A stretch of DNA of 64,000 nucleotides from the human T2T-CHM13v2.0 reference genome, Homo sapiens: assembly GCF_009914755.1 (NCBI RefSeq), contig NC_060926.1. One strand, written 5' to 3'. The translations under genes and the position numbers were made by a program. Of the stretch, positions 14,483 through 53,002 are shown one piece after another; position 1 is the stretch's first letter; every line of letters starts with the position of its first letter. The notes below the pieces were generated by a model. That model was given only the letters and a program-made list of their open reading frames with translations. It had not been told where the DNA came from and made no database searches.

Positions 14483-15486
14483 TCACTTGAATCACTTTTA
14501 AGTTTGAATTCTCTTTATTTGTTACTAGATATTACAATCACATTGTATTACATTTAAAAAGTGCAAAAGAGTATAATACAGAGAAAAACAATTCTCCCCC
14601 CATGCACCTATGGCTCAGCTGCCCCGTTCTCCACCCTCCAGGGGCAAGCAGTGCTACCAGTCTTTTGTATGTCTTTCCAAAGATAAGGCTTCATTAACCA
14701 CTGAATTTTTTTATTATCTGAGCTCACACGGCAAGGTCACAACTCGCTTAACTCTTATGCTTGGGATGAGGAAGGACAAACTCCTCTGCTTTGAACATTC
14801 CTTGAGAACCAAAAGGCAATGACCAGAGACAGGCTCTTCCCATCACAGGCCCCCGCTCCAGTTCTCTCTCCCCTCACAGCCCTCCACCTGTTACCCCACT
14901 GGACGCCCAAGGCAGAAGCGAAGAACAGATGGTATTTTCCTCCTTGTTTCTTAGGAAAGTTGAGGATCCAAGAATTAAGAAGACTCAAGGTCACAGCTAA
15001 CTGGGGCACCCTCAGTTTTTCATATCATTGCCCCACTTCCCTATTATCTTCTCTTTGCTTTGTAAATGACCTTGAGTTCTTAAATATCTCACCACAACTT
15101 GTCTATGGAGATCTCAAGAAGAGGGTCAAGGACTCTTCTTCTTGGGTCGTCTCTTATGAGCTGGATTTCGAGCTGGGCCCTAGAACAGCCCCTCAGCAGT
15201 GGCTGAGGATGCTGGCTGAATGCAGTGAGAGAGGGAAGGGGTCTGCTGTTCTTCCAAGGGCACCCCGAGGCCCTGCGGTTTCTCCCAGGACACACACACA
15301 CATCCCTGGCCACCAGACCCACTGGCCCACGGGCCCTGTGCCTCATGAGTTCTTTTTCGTGCAGTTGGCTCTGTTAATGCCCCTGCTCAGAAGACCAAGG
15401 CCGTGGGTTGGCTCCCTGGGGGTGAGGCCTCCTGTGGTGAGACATTCTGTTCCTTGGCCATGAACTGAACAGAGTGTTGCACATTA

Positions 15487-19455
<3,969 letters not shown>

Positions 19456-19583
19456 CTTCTTCTTGGCTATTTATTATGTCCCTCTCCTCTCTAAACTATA
19501 AAAACTCCATGAAGATGAAGAATTTGCCTGAATTATTTCCTGCTAGAGCCTAGCAGGTAGAACAGTGTCTGGTACATAGTTCC

Positions 19584-20324
<741 letters not shown>

Positions 20325-20731
20325 TTTCCTAGATACTAAAACTGTTGAATGGATGAGGCTTAAAGAGGCTAGATTAGTTTCCTAAGGCCACATAATTTAG
20401 TAAATGTTGAAACTCAGTGTTAACTAATTTTCCCAAGGTCACAGATTAAGGAGCAAAGGCAAAGCTGGGGTTCAAGCCCAGGTCTGAATTAAACATGGCA
20501 TGAAGCCACAGAGCTTTCCACCTCCCCGTCCCCGTCCACCCAAGGCCAACACTAGTCAATGGCTCCCCTCCCAGATGTTCTCAACAGTCACCTTCCTGTC
20601 CCGCACCCTGCCCTTCAGCCTCTCCTTAGCGGCAATTCATTCTTCGGAAAGGTTTATGTTCATCCTATAATTATAACATAATACATGTTCAGCCTAGAAA
20701 ACAAGAAAGAATGTTTAGAAAGCAGGAAGGA

Positions 20732-21209
<478 letters not shown>

Positions 21210-21333
21210 CTAGTCACAAATCCTGGGTTCTAATCTTCTAATCCCAACAGGAAGGAAGTAAAGGCATGTATATGGGCATAGAAAGACAGGCAGGCTTTGG
21301 CCAGAGGAAACAAAGAGGGTTGGTCTCTCCCAG

Positions 21334-21819
21334 TGTGTCTGGAGTTGGTTCCTTCTGATGGGTTCGTGGTCTCGCTGATTTCAATAATGAAGCCGTGGAC
21401 CTTCACTGTGAGTGTTACAGCTCTTAAAGGTGGCACGGACCCAAAGAATGAGCAGCAGCAAGATTTATTGTGAAGAGCAAAAGAACAAAGCTTCCACAGC
21501 GTGGAAGGGGACCTGAGCGGGTTGCCGCTCCAGGCTGGGGGTGACCAGCTTTTATTCCCTTACTTGTCCCTGCCCATGTCCTGCTGATTGGTCCATTTTA
21601 CAAACCTCTAGCTAGCCACAGAGTGCTGACTGGTGTGTTTTTACAGAGCACTGATTAGTGCATTTTACAAACCTCTAGCTAGCCACAGAGTGCTGATTGG
21701 TGCGTTTTACAAACCTAGCTACAGAGTGCTGACTGGTGCATTTTACAATCCTCTTATAAGACAGAAGAGTTCTCCAAGCCCCCACTCAACCCAGGAAGTC
21801 CAGCTGGCTTCACCTCTCA
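21334..21819 (-). mobile_element. LTR12-family (ERV9) solo LTR, probably LTR12F
   Basis: TG...CA termini, 4-bp TSD ccag (21330-21333 and 21820-21823), tandem (CTGATTGG..CATTTTACAAACC) repeats and the GAGTGTTACAGCTCTTAAAGGTGGC block typical of LTR12. Confidence 0.9.
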
Positions 21820-22839
21820 CCAGCAGGGGACAGACAAGCAGGAAGGGACAAGGAGATCAAAGGGCAGGAGTGGAGGCAGGGTGGGGAGGAGGGGGAAATG
21901 GGACCCTGGGAGCAGTCACAGGTAAGATAAGGTAGGAGGAAGGTGTAGAGAGCTATGAACAATAGCTCAGGCTGAGGAATTTGGACCCAACAAAGGAAGC
22001 CTGAGAGTGGGCTGGAGACACTGCAGGTGGGGAGGCTGCTTAGGGATGATGAAGGGTTTTTAGCAGAGATAACTCAAAGAACAATGCAGTGTGGAGGTTA
22101 CAGGACCAGGAGGAGTCTGAGATCACTCCCAAGGTGAGTGGCCAGTGACTGGGTGAAAAGTGGTGGCTCTTTGGAGGCTCAGGAAGAGGGAAAGGACAGG
22201 CTGGGCTCAATTCTGGTTGTTGAGAATTGGCTGGGAGCAGGTCTATGAGCTATGATGTCCCAGAGGAGACTGTCAAGATTATCAAGACAGATGTTTCCAT
22301 GAGGAGACGCCGGTGAGGGAAACAGGGTGGAGGAAGAGGCACAGGACAGCTCTCCAGCGTAGACTTTCCACTGACCCCAGATCAAGCCTGCACTCCCCAG
22401 CCAGGTGTGCAGGGCCCTCCACATCCCAGGCCTACTCACCTCCTCCTGCCTTCTCTCTCACTCAGGAAGACCCTCCACTCCCAGGGGACTGTGCCTCCTC
22501 CAGCACTAACTCTTCAGCCACTCCATTTTGCTTGCCTCCATGGGCTGGGCTGCCATCTTCCTTGATGGTCTCCTGCTTCCCAGTCCTCAGCTGCATCATC
22601 AGTCCTGGAGCACCTGACGGGTGCTGGAGCACACAGCATAATCCCCACAAACAACCCTTGACTTGACTTCCCTTTTCCACTCTCCTCTCACCGCCCAGTC
22701 CCCAGCTCTGTCAGCCTCACTCCCCGCTGATGGCCAAGCTTGTCTCAGAGTTGCAGGTAACCTTGGCATTTGTGCCAAACGTTGCTGACCAGGGGCAGAC
22801 TTAGCTGTGTAAGGCTGGTCCAGACTCCTCCAGCAGTCA

Positions 22840-22985
22840 CATAGATCAGCTTTAATGTGCCCACGAATCCCTGGGCTTCTTGTTTAAATGCACATTCCAG
22901 TGGGTGAGCCTGGGATAAGCGGGCGATCTGTGTTTCTAACAAGCTCCCAGGTGATACTGATGACCACACTTTGAGTAACGAGGAT
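22840..22985. mobile_element. MER5A-like DNA transposon relic
   Basis: TTGTTTAAATGCACATTCC...TTTCTAACAAGCTCCCAGGTGATACTGATG..ACCACACTTTGAG. Confidence 0.65.
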
Positions 22986-23372
22986 ATGGAGGACTTTTGG
23001 ATCCAGTTTTCTCATTCACCAAAGAGGGCTCTGACCACTTCACTGGGTTACCATGGAATCAAATGAGTTAGAGTTTGTGAAAAGAAAACAAAAACCAAAG
23101 GTGCCGGGCAAATGTCAGATTCACCATCTATCCCACGTCTTGCTGCCAGGATGAAGATGATAAAATATGCAAAAGGCCTTGATTGCTTAGCAGATGCCAA
23201 ACAAATGTTAGGTGCTCCTCCCCCAGAGCCTTCAAGGTTGAACTCAGCCGCTGGGTGGGCTCTCGGCTCATGACTTCATTCCTCTGCTCACTCCACTTAC
23301 TGGATCTGCTCTCACTCTAGCTTGGCCTTGATCACATCTCCCCATCCCCTCCCGTCAGCCCCATAACACCAC

Positions 23373-25737
<2,365 letters not shown>

Positions 25738-25976
25738 CTAGCGGCTTCTACTAGGAAAGGATAAAACTGAGGTTTTCTGTACTAGGAGTCATCAGTTACA
25801 GGTGAGGGCTCGGATATTTTATTGGAGACAGGGGTTGTAAGTAGGATCACCCTTCACACTAAATGAAGATACTGATATCTCTTGTCCCCCACTCAGTAAC
25901 CAGAACTCTGGCAGTCACATTTATTCCATCTGGGCAGGAGATTGGAAGAAACATTTCCAGGAAATCTGACCAAACC

Positions 25977-26010
<34 letters not shown>

Positions 26011-26140
26011 CCTGCAGATACTGACATCAGAGGTTTCCCAGAGAACTGGCCCAGCAGGACCATCTACTGTGTGGTCCCCAGTGGACAAGCCTCCATGTGT
26101 CCATGGGGCTTCCAACTGGTTTTTCTGCACCCCACTCTTT

Positions 26141-26274
26141 TCTTTTTTCTAAATTTTATCTTTTTAAAAGACTAGTCAAGTGCAGTAATGAGAAGGGAGA
26201 AAAGAGTAGAACAAGGAGTTTGATCTGTGACTGTGAACAATCAATTCAGATAACTCACTACCTTCAGACCAGTC
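26141..26274 (-). pseudogene. Second Y1 RNA retropseudogene
   Basis: Reverse complement of 26166-26274 = GACTGGTCTGAAGGTAGTGAGTTATCTGAATTGATTGTTCACAGTCACAGATCAAACTCCTTGTTCTAC...GCACTTGACTAGTCTTTT. Decayed A tail and TSD tgcaccccactcttt (26126-26140) / tgtatcccactcttt (26277-26291). Confidence 0.92.
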
Positions 26275-26366
26275 AATGTATCCCACTCTTTAAAAATGTA
26301 TGCAGACAAGAAGTCCCCAGGATGGTGACCAAATGAGATCCCAAGATCCTCCTAAATAGAAGGCCT

Positions 26367-32110
<5,744 letters not shown>

Positions 32111-32112
32111 TA

Positions 32113-32546
32113 TGTATTAGTCTGTTCTCACATTGCTGTAAAGAAATACCTGAGACTGGGTAATTTATAAAGAAAAGAGGTTTAACTGGCTCCTGGTTCT
32201 GCAGGCTGTACAAGAAGCATGGCAGCTTCTGCTTGCCTTCTGGGGAGGTCTCAGGGAGCTTTCAGTCATGGTGGAAGGCGAAGGGGAAGCAGGCATTTTA
32301 CATTTTACATGGTGGGAGCAAGAGGAAGAGAGAGAAGGGGAAAGGTGCCACAAACTTTTAAACAACCAGATCTCATGATAACTCACTCACTGACTATCAC
32401 AAGAAGAGCTCTGAGGGAATGGTTCCAAACCATTCATGAGAATTTTGCCCCTATAATCCAATCACCTCCCTCCAGGCCCTACCTCCAACACTGGGAATTA
32501 CAATTTGACATGGGATTTGTTGGAGACACAGATCCAAATCATATCA
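32113..32546 (-). mobile_element. MST-type MaLR solo LTR
   Basis: TGTATTAGTCTGTTCTCACATTGCTGTAAAGAAATACCTGAGACTGGG...CATATCA; 5-bp TSD ctgta (32108-32112 and 32547-32551). Confidence 0.88.
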
Positions 32547-32673
32547 CTGTACTTCTATCATTTTCATCTTTCATCATCTATACATTCTTTGAAATCATAA
32601 AGTATTTACTGGATTCTCTTTTCCACAAAGTAATCCTTATTCTGATGTATGTTTTTCATTTGCTTTTTGCTTA

Positions 32674-33054
32674 TGTGTCTTAGTCCATTTTGTGCTGCTA
32701 TAAAAGAATACCTAAGACTGGGTAATTTATACAAAGCAAGAAGTTATTGGCTCCTGGTTCTAGTCCAAGAGCATGGTGCTGGCATCTGCTAAGAATTTGA
32801 TGAGAGTCTTCTTATGGCATCATCCCATGGCAGAAGGTGGAAGGGCAAGAGAGAGCAAGAGAGAGTCGTCAGGAAGGGAACCTAACTTGTCCTTTTATAA
32901 GTAGCATATTCCTGAGATAATAGCATTAATTTATTCATGAGAACAGAGCCCTCATGACCTACTCACTTCTTAAAAATCCCACCTCTCAACACTGTTGCAT
33001 TGGGAATCAAGATCCCAGTACATGAACTTTGGGGGACACATTTAAACTATAGCA
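32674..33054 (-). mobile_element. MSTD/MLT1A-type MaLR LTR
   Basis: TGTGTCTTAGTCCATTTTGTGCTGCTATAAAAGAATACC...GGGGGACACATTTAAACTATAGCA. Confidence 0.8.
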
Positions 33055-33088
33055 GGTGGGGACCACTTATGATCTAGGAGCAAAGTGA

Positions 33089-40926
<7,838 letters not shown>

Positions 40927-41194
40927 GATTTAACCTAATTTATAAAGGAAATATTGTAAACTATTAAAAGTAGTTTAATCTGGGTGGTGGTATATGGATG
41001 TTAATTAAAAAGTTATTTTAACTTTTCTGTGCATTAGAAAATGTTGCATGATACATAAATTTTCATAATAAAATGTGGGGGGAATAGTTTCTGTTTCTTT
41101 GTGATAGCTCTCAAATCTGCCACTATATTAGTTACCTATTGTGGTGGAACATAAAAAATTACCCCAAAATTTAGTGGTTTAAAACTACAAACAT

Positions 41195-41680
41195 TTCTGG
41201 GTATAATCAAAAGAATTGAGAGCAGGGACTCAAAGAGACATCACACACTCATATATTCATAGCATCATTATTCACAATGTGCAAGAGAGGGAAGGAACCC
41301 AAGTGTACCTCCACAGATGAGTGGATAAAGAAAATGTGGTATATACATACAATCAAATACTATTCAGCCATAAAAAGGAACAAAATTCTGACATGTGCTA
41401 CAATCTGAATGAACCCTGTAGATAAGCCAAGTCACAAAAAGACTAATGCTATATGATTCTATTTATATGAGACAGCTAGAGTAGACACATTCATAGGGAC
41501 AGAGAGTAGAATGGTCGTTGTCAACAGATGGGGAAGGGGAAACGGGCAGCTATTTTTTAATGGGTAGAGTTTCAGTTGGTAAAGATGAAAAAGTTCTGGA
41601 GGTAGATGATGGTGATGGTTGCACAGCAATGTGAATGTATTTAAACCACTGAACTGTGCACTTAACAGTTGTTCAAATGG
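41195..41680 (+). mobile_element. Ancient L1M (L1MB-like) 3' fragment
   Basis: GATGAGTGGATAAAGAAAATGTGGTATATACATACAAT..ATTCAGCCATAAAAAGGA and GATGAAAAAGTTCTGGAG..GATGGTTGCACAGCAATGTGAATGTA. Confidence 0.8.
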
Positions 41681-42300
41681 GCCAGGCACAGCTAGGTGTG
41701 GTAGCTCGTGCCTGTAATTCCAGCACTTTTGGAGACCTAAGCGGGAAGATCACTGAGGCCAGGAGTTCAAGACCAGCTTGGGAAACATAGTGAGACCCCA
41801 TGTTTACAAAAATTAAAATTAAAAAATTAGCTGGGCTTGCTGGCATGCACCTGTAGTCCTGGCTACTCAGGAGACTGAGATGAGAAGATCACTTGAGCCC
41901 AGGAGTTAGTGAGCTATGATCATGCTACTGTATTCCAGCCTGGGAGCCTAGGCAACAGAGCAAGTGCATTCCAGCCTGGATGACAGAGCAAGACCCCAGC
42001 TCAAACAAACACACACCACCACCAACAACAAAAAACCAAGAAGCCTCAAAATTCCCATCTAGTTACTACATATAGGTCAAAGTTCAGTATCTTTGGGTGG
42101 CACAAAGGTCTTCTGAGCTGGTGACTTATAAACTAAAAGACAATCCATCCAAAATAGGGACTGAGAAGAATAGGTTAACATGATTACAGCTCTCATTCGG
42201 CAAACGGAGGAGTGGGAAGCATGCAGTTATCACTGCACCAAGTCCAGCTGGGGAGGAGTGGAGGCTTCTAGCCACTGGTGTCACTGGCACCTTGGGTTCT

Positions 42301-42735
42301 TGTAATCCTCCCAGGATAGAAATAAAGAGAGATCACCAGACACAGCAGCAAAGAAAAAGTTTATTTTAGCTTGTGCACAAGGGAGCCAGCAACAAGAAAG
42401 GAGAAGGCACAGGCTCCTCCCCAAGGGTAGTCTGTGGGTTAGTCTTTCTATAAGGAAGGGTCACGTCAGGGCATGTAGAGGAGGGATTTTTCTAGTGCTT
42501 GTGCAGTGCTAAACATGCTTCTTCATACATTGTATGTAGCATTAGCATTTTAAATCTCTACCCCTGGGCATTATTTTTAGCATTAAAATAAGAAACAGGT
42601 AACTATAGGTTGTAGTTTAAGTCTAACGGCACATACAGGGCCCCAGAGAAATCCCTAGCCCCCTGAAATAGGAGCTTGTGATTAAGGGTTAATGGCTTCT
42701 TGAATCTTTTGTTACTGATTGGCTGAGAGTTAGAT
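42301..42735 (-). mobile_element. ERV1-type LTR fragment (family not resolved)
   Basis: TG start, minus-strand poly(A) signal (tttatt) and a CATTAGCATTTTAAATCTC block seen in MER4-group LTRs. Confidence 0.5.
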
Positions 42736-43389
42736 AAGCTAGAGCTTGAGTGAGAAGCTGTTGTTTGTTTGTTTGTGTTTGTTTGTGTGTTTGTTTTGTA
42801 GGGACAGGGTCTCACTAGGTTGCCCAGTCTGGCTTTGAACTCCAGCAATCCTCTGGCTGAGGCCTCCCAAAGTGCTGGGATTACAGGGACCAGTCGCCAC
42901 ACCTGGCCCATGAGACAAGGGCTTTTACCCTCTTCCTCCAGACCATCTTAAAAGAGAGAACCAACCAGCTTGCCTGTCCACTGGCAGTGGGGTAAGCTGC
43001 CTGGTAGCCCATCTGGCAGCCCCAGGTTCTCCCATCTGGGAGAAACAACCTAGTCTATCATCCTTTGTGGCCATGCCTCTGCCTTCTCTGAGGTTCCTCC
43101 CTGTCCCTTGTGCCCCATGGCCACATCTGAGTGGGCATGGAAAGTATGCTTCTTGGAGCTGCACAGCGTTTACACTCTGTTTACTGCTGGTGCCGATTTA
43201 GGGCCTGGGGTATGCTTTAGGGAGCTGAACTGCCACAGATTGTGGCGGACCAGTCTTGAAATTTCTTTGGCAGTCTTGAGATTTATCAAGCTGTACTCTA
43301 TGGCTTGTGGGCTTTCATGTAAAGATGTTATAATTCAATAAATAATTTAAGCAGAGTGTGTCTTGGAAGCAATGGAATACAGTATGTCA

Positions 43390-43777
<388 letters not shown>

Positions 43778-45104
43778 CTAGGGTTAAAACAAATAATCTT
43801 GGTTCCAAGCGGAAGCAAAAAGTTTGGGAGCCCAGTCAGTTTTCAAGGAAACTCTTGTTGTGTGTGGTTGTTGTGTGTGCTAAAAACTACATTATTTTAA
43901 AACCATCAAAACTAATCTATAATGTTAGAAGTCAGGAAAGTGATTACCCGTGAAGGAAGTAGTGACTAGAAGGCTTATGTTATGGCTGATGTTATGTTTC
44001 TTGATCACATGGTGTGATCACTTCATGAAATTTTATCAAGCTGTACTCTATGATTTATGTGTTTTCATGTACATATATCATCCATATTTTTGTGTGTGAC
44101 TGTGATTTATTTATTCTTATTGCTGTCTAGTATTGCATCATGTTAATATTACCACAAATTATGGATCCATTCCACTGTTTGATGGGTGTTTGGGGTAGTC
44201 ACCAGTTTAATAAATAGCGCTGCTATGAATATTTTCAGGTTTGTCTGTTGATGAATTTATGTACATGTTTCTGTTGGGTATTGTTCCAGCTACCTATTGC
44301 TGCATGACAAAGTGTTCCAAAATGTAATGGCGCCAAACAACACTCATTTTATTATACCCATGGGCTCTGTGGGTGAGGAACTTGAACGGGGCATGGAAGG
44401 TATGGTTTGCTCTGCTCCACCTTGCCTGGGGCCTCAGTTGGGAAACCCAGGTGGCTGGGGGTGACTTAAATGGCCAGGGCTGGAGTCATGTGGAGACTTC
44501 TTGCTCACAAATCTGGTGTCTGGGCTGGAATAACTCGAAGCCTGCACTCACCTGAGACTAAACCTCAGGGTCTCTCTCCCCAGCCTGCCCCTGTGACTTA
44601 GGCATCCTCACAGCAGGGTGGCCTTGATGTGGTCAGACTTCCTACCTGGAGGGTCAGGAATGTAACAGCAAGTATTCTAGAAAGAAAACAGGCCGGGTGC
44701 GGTGGCTCACGCCTGTAATCCCAGCACTTTGGGAGGCCGAGGCAGGTGGATCACCTGAGGTCAGGAGTTCGAGACCAGCCTGGCCAACATGGTGAAAACC
44801 CTTCTCTACCAAAAATATAAAAAAATTAGCTGGGCATGGCAGTGGGCGCCTGTAAACAAAACTGCACATACCCAGCACTGTAATTTCTGGGCCACAAAAT
44901 TTCACATGCTCAGCTTTAGTGCTGCCAATCAATTTTACAAAGCAATTATATCGGCGTTACCGCCGTGAGCAGTGTGTGAGCATTTTGGTTGGACTACATT
45001 CCTTCGTTTTTCATTTTAGCTATTCTGGTGGCTGTGCAGTAGCAGCACACTGTGACCTTAATTTGCATTTCCTTTGGATTTTCCTGATGCCTAATGATAC
45101 AAGC

Positions 45105-45870
<766 letters not shown>

Positions 45871-46171
45871 CAAGCATATTTTTATTTGTTTTTTCACCGT
45901 TATTTTATCTTCCTTTATGAAGATAAAATATACTTACTCATGTGTATTGCCTATTTTTTACTGGGTTGTCTGCCATTTGTTTATTGATTTTTAGGGTTTT
46001 AAAAATATATATTCTGGATATAAATTGAACTCGTTTAAGCTCTCTGGGAAGCAGAGATTGAGGTGGAGTTAGATGTGTCAAAGGAGCCAGGTGTGGTGGC
46101 ATGGCCCTGTAGTCCCAGCTACTCGGGAGGCTAAGGCAGGAGGATCGCTTGGGCCCAGGAGGTGAAGGCTA

Positions 46172-46546
<375 letters not shown>

Positions 46547-46760
46547 TTAAACCTGGAAGCCAGGAGCGGTGGTACATGCCTATAGTCCCAGCTACTCAGG
46601 AGGCTGAGGCAGGAGGATCACTTGAGCCCAGGATTTTGAGTTCAATCTGAGCAACATAGCAAGACCCCACCACTAAAAAATAAAAAATTAATAAAGAAGA
46701 AATTAAAGCAGAGAAATGTTAAAGAATATTCATTAATTCATTAAAAAACCAAACTCATTA

Positions 46761-46916
<156 letters not shown>

Positions 46917-47689
46917 TTATCCGGCAATGGTGGCAGGCACCTGTAATCCCAGCTACTTGGGAGGTTAAGGCAGAAGAATCACTTGAATCCAGGAGGCGGA
47001 GGTTGCATTGAGCCAAGATCGCACCACTGCACTCCAGCCTGGGCAACAGAGCAAGACTCCATCTCAAAAAAAAAAAAAAACATCAAAGTGATGATGCCAT
47101 CTGAAATCATGTAGCCTCTGGAAAATTCCACTGCACAATCTTAACAGCATGGGCAGAGTAAAGAATGCCAATAATATCTATCTTAGTGTTATTAAGAAAA
47201 TGGCTTTGAACTCATGAACCTCCTAGAAGGGTCTTGGGTTCCCAAAGTACATTTTGGGCACTGCCATCTAGTTCATTCTCCTCAAAGCACTGGCTTCTTA
47301 TCCCTTCAGGATTAAGTTTCAGTCTCTTGGCCTTTTACACCCGTGTCCTCTTCATCTGTGCTCTAGCCCACTAGGACTCACCTGTCTGAGCCCTCCAGCC
47401 CAGAAATTGTCTGCCATACCCTGCCTGCCATCCTTCCCCAGCCTCACCCCCACTCCTCTTGCCTCCTTTTCCACCTGCCCCATGGCTCACGACCATTCCT
47501 ACCACCAGACTCCTGAGACATTGCGATTAACACACATATTTACATATGTCATATATAATTTTCTTTTTATTCTTTTTATTGTACAGAAAAAGATAAAATG
47601 CATATATTCTGGAATTTTTTGCTAAAACTATCATGGATATTTTTTATATAGATCCTGCATCCTTTTCAATTTTTTTTTTTTTTTTTTGA

Positions 47690-47794
<105 letters not shown>

Positions 47795-48422
47795 TGAGTA
47801 GGTGGGATTACAGGTGCCCACCACCATACCCAGTTAATGTTTTGATTTCAGGTAGAGACAGGGTTTCACCATGTTGGCCCTTGGCCTCCCAAAGTGCTGG
47901 GATTACAGGCATAAGCCACCACGCCCAGCCCTTTTACAATTTCATCCAACAAAAATAATCATAGTTATTTAAGCAGTTTCATTAAATAAATCCACAAAGG
48001 TGACAAACATCAAGACAAAGCACATGTAGACAAAAAATCCAGTGTCAAGTCAGCATTAAATGTCTAATTAACAATTGGACAAAAACTTCTAATATTTGAA
48101 TTCATTTTACTGTTTACTGTAAATAGTAAAAATAACATAAAGAAAAATAATATAAATAAAAACTATGATTCAGAAAAAAATGGCTAGTTGCAGTTGCTCA
48201 TACCTGTAATCCCAGCACTTTGAGAGGCCAAAGTGGTAGGATTCCTTGAACCCAGGAGTTTGAGACCAGCTTAGGCAACACATATGAAGAGTTCATCTCA
48301 TTTGGCCGGGCACGGTGGCTCACGCTTGTAATCCCAGCACTTTGGGAGGCTGAGGCGGGTGGATCACGAGGTCAGGAGATTGAGACCATCCTGGTTAACA
48401 CGGTGAAACCCCGTCTCTACTA

Positions 48423-48824
<402 letters not shown>

Positions 48825-49048
48825 CTAAGTTGTTCAAGAGGATCTGAGAGCCAAAGCCAAGATTCAATGTAAAAATGAGATCCTTAATTTCTGAATAACT
48901 GAGTGCTCCATTTTCCAGCTATGCCTACCTATACGTGAATAAGTATTACGACCTGGAAGCAGCAAACGCTTATAGAAATGGTAAAATCTTACTAAAGGTA
49001 ATTTAAAGTTATAGTGGGACATTCCAAATGAACAACATTGCACTTTAA

Positions 49049-51180
<2,132 letters not shown>

Positions 51181-51251
51181 AAAATGAGGGCTTCCAATTT
51201 AATCTCATTCAGGGATGTCTATTGATGTGCAGAAGTTTTGAAAAAGATTTC

Positions 51252-52860
51252 AGGCTGGGCATGGTCACTCACACCTGTAATCCCAGCACTTTGGGAGGCC
51301 AAGGTGGGCAGATCACCTGAGGTCAGGAAGTCGAGAACAGCCTGGCCAACATGGCAAAACCCCACCTCTAATAAAACTAAAAAAATTAGCCAGGCATGGT
51401 GGTGGACACCTGTAGTCTCAGCTTCTCGGGAGGGTGAGGCAGGAGAATCGCTTCAACCTGGAAGGTGGAGGCTGCAGTGAGCTGAGATCAAGCCACTGCA
51501 CTCCAGCCTGGGCAACAGAGCAAGACTCCATCTCTAAATAAATAAAAGGGCCGGGCACGGTGGCTCACGCCTGTAATCCCAGCACTTTGAGAGGCCAAGG
51601 TGGGCAGATCATATGAGGTCAGGAGTTTGAGACCAGCCTGGCCAACATGGTGAAACCCCATCTCTACTAAAAATACAAAAATTAGCTGGGCATGGTGGTG
51701 GGTGCCTGTAATCCCAGCTACTCGGGAGGCTGGGGCAGAAGAATCACTTGAACTTGGGAGGTGGAGTTTGCAGTGAGCCGACTTGCACCATTGCACTCCA
51801 GCCTGGGCAACAAGAGTGAAACTCCATCTCAAAAAAATAAATAAATAAAATTACATAACAAGTCTTACCTTTGTTCACTGCCATCTTGTTTTAACTGGGT
51901 CTTCACATTCTTCTTCCTTGGTTTGGGCAAATGATGCTACAGTATTTAGATCTGAAGTCTCAGCTTGATGCTTTTTTTTTTTTGAGACACAGTCTTGCTC
52001 TGTCACCCTTTCTGTAGTGCAGTGATGCAATCTCAGCTCACTGCAACCTCTGCCTCCTGGATTCATATGATTCTTGTGCCTCAGCCTCCCACGTAGCTGG
52101 GATTACAGGCATACATCACCACGCCCAGCTAAATTTTTGTATTTTTAGTAAAGATGGGATTCGCCATGTTGGTCAGGCTGCTCTCAAACTTCTGGCTTCA
52201 AGTGATCTACCAGCCTTGGCCTCCCAAAGTGCTGGGATTACAGGCATGAGCCACCACCCCCAACTAGCTCTGTGCTTTTGAGATATAAATTTTCTACCTT
52301 GTTCCACCTAAGAGTCATCCCTTTAGACATGCAAGTTTAGGGCTGCTTAGCTAACAATTGTTTAGGGCATTGAAATAGGTAATTGAAAGACTGATAGTTT
52401 GAATGGGGAAAAGAAAAACTACTTGAAAGCTGGCAAATGAGTATTTGTTAAGGAAGTTATAAGTTCTGCTTCTGTCTGTGTGTCTCTATGTCTATATGTG
52501 CTGTGCATATGTGATAATATTTGGTAAATAAAGCTAGTTTTTAAATTATTAGTAAAATGAAATTGGAAGGCCGGATGTGGTGGTTCACACTTGTAATCTC
52601 AGCATTTTGGGAGGCTGAAGTGGGCAGATTGCTTGAGTCCAGGCGTTCAAGACCAGCCTGGGCAATATGGCAAAACTCTGTCTCTGTAAAAAATACAAAA
52701 ATTAGCCAAGCATGGTGGTATGTGCCTGTAGTCCCAGCTATTCAGGAGGCTGAGGTGGAAGAATCACCTGAGTCTGGGGAGGTTGAGGCTGCAGTGAGCC
52801 ATGATCACTCCACTGCATAACATCCTGGGCAACAGAGTGAGACTCTATCTCCAGAAGAAA
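51252..52860. mobile_element. Alus: + 51252-51850 (two), - 51972-52262, + 52569-52860 (followed by a GA-rich tract to 52985)
   Basis: Alu motifs. Confidence 0.85.
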
Positions 52861-53002
52861 GAAAGAAAGGGAAGGGAAGGGGAGGGGACGGGAGGGGAGG
52901 GGAGGGGAAGGGAAGGGAGGAGGGAGGGAGGAAGGAAGGAAGGAAGGAAGGAAGGAAGGAAGGAAGGAAGGCAGGCAGGCAGGCAAGAAAATTGGAAAGG
53001 CT

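Noticed and set aside
14819-15463. 214-aa ATG-initiated ORF
   Set aside because: No recognisable domain, it overlaps MIR-like sequence, and I see no supporting promoter or splice structure. Conservation or Ribo-seq evidence would be needed.
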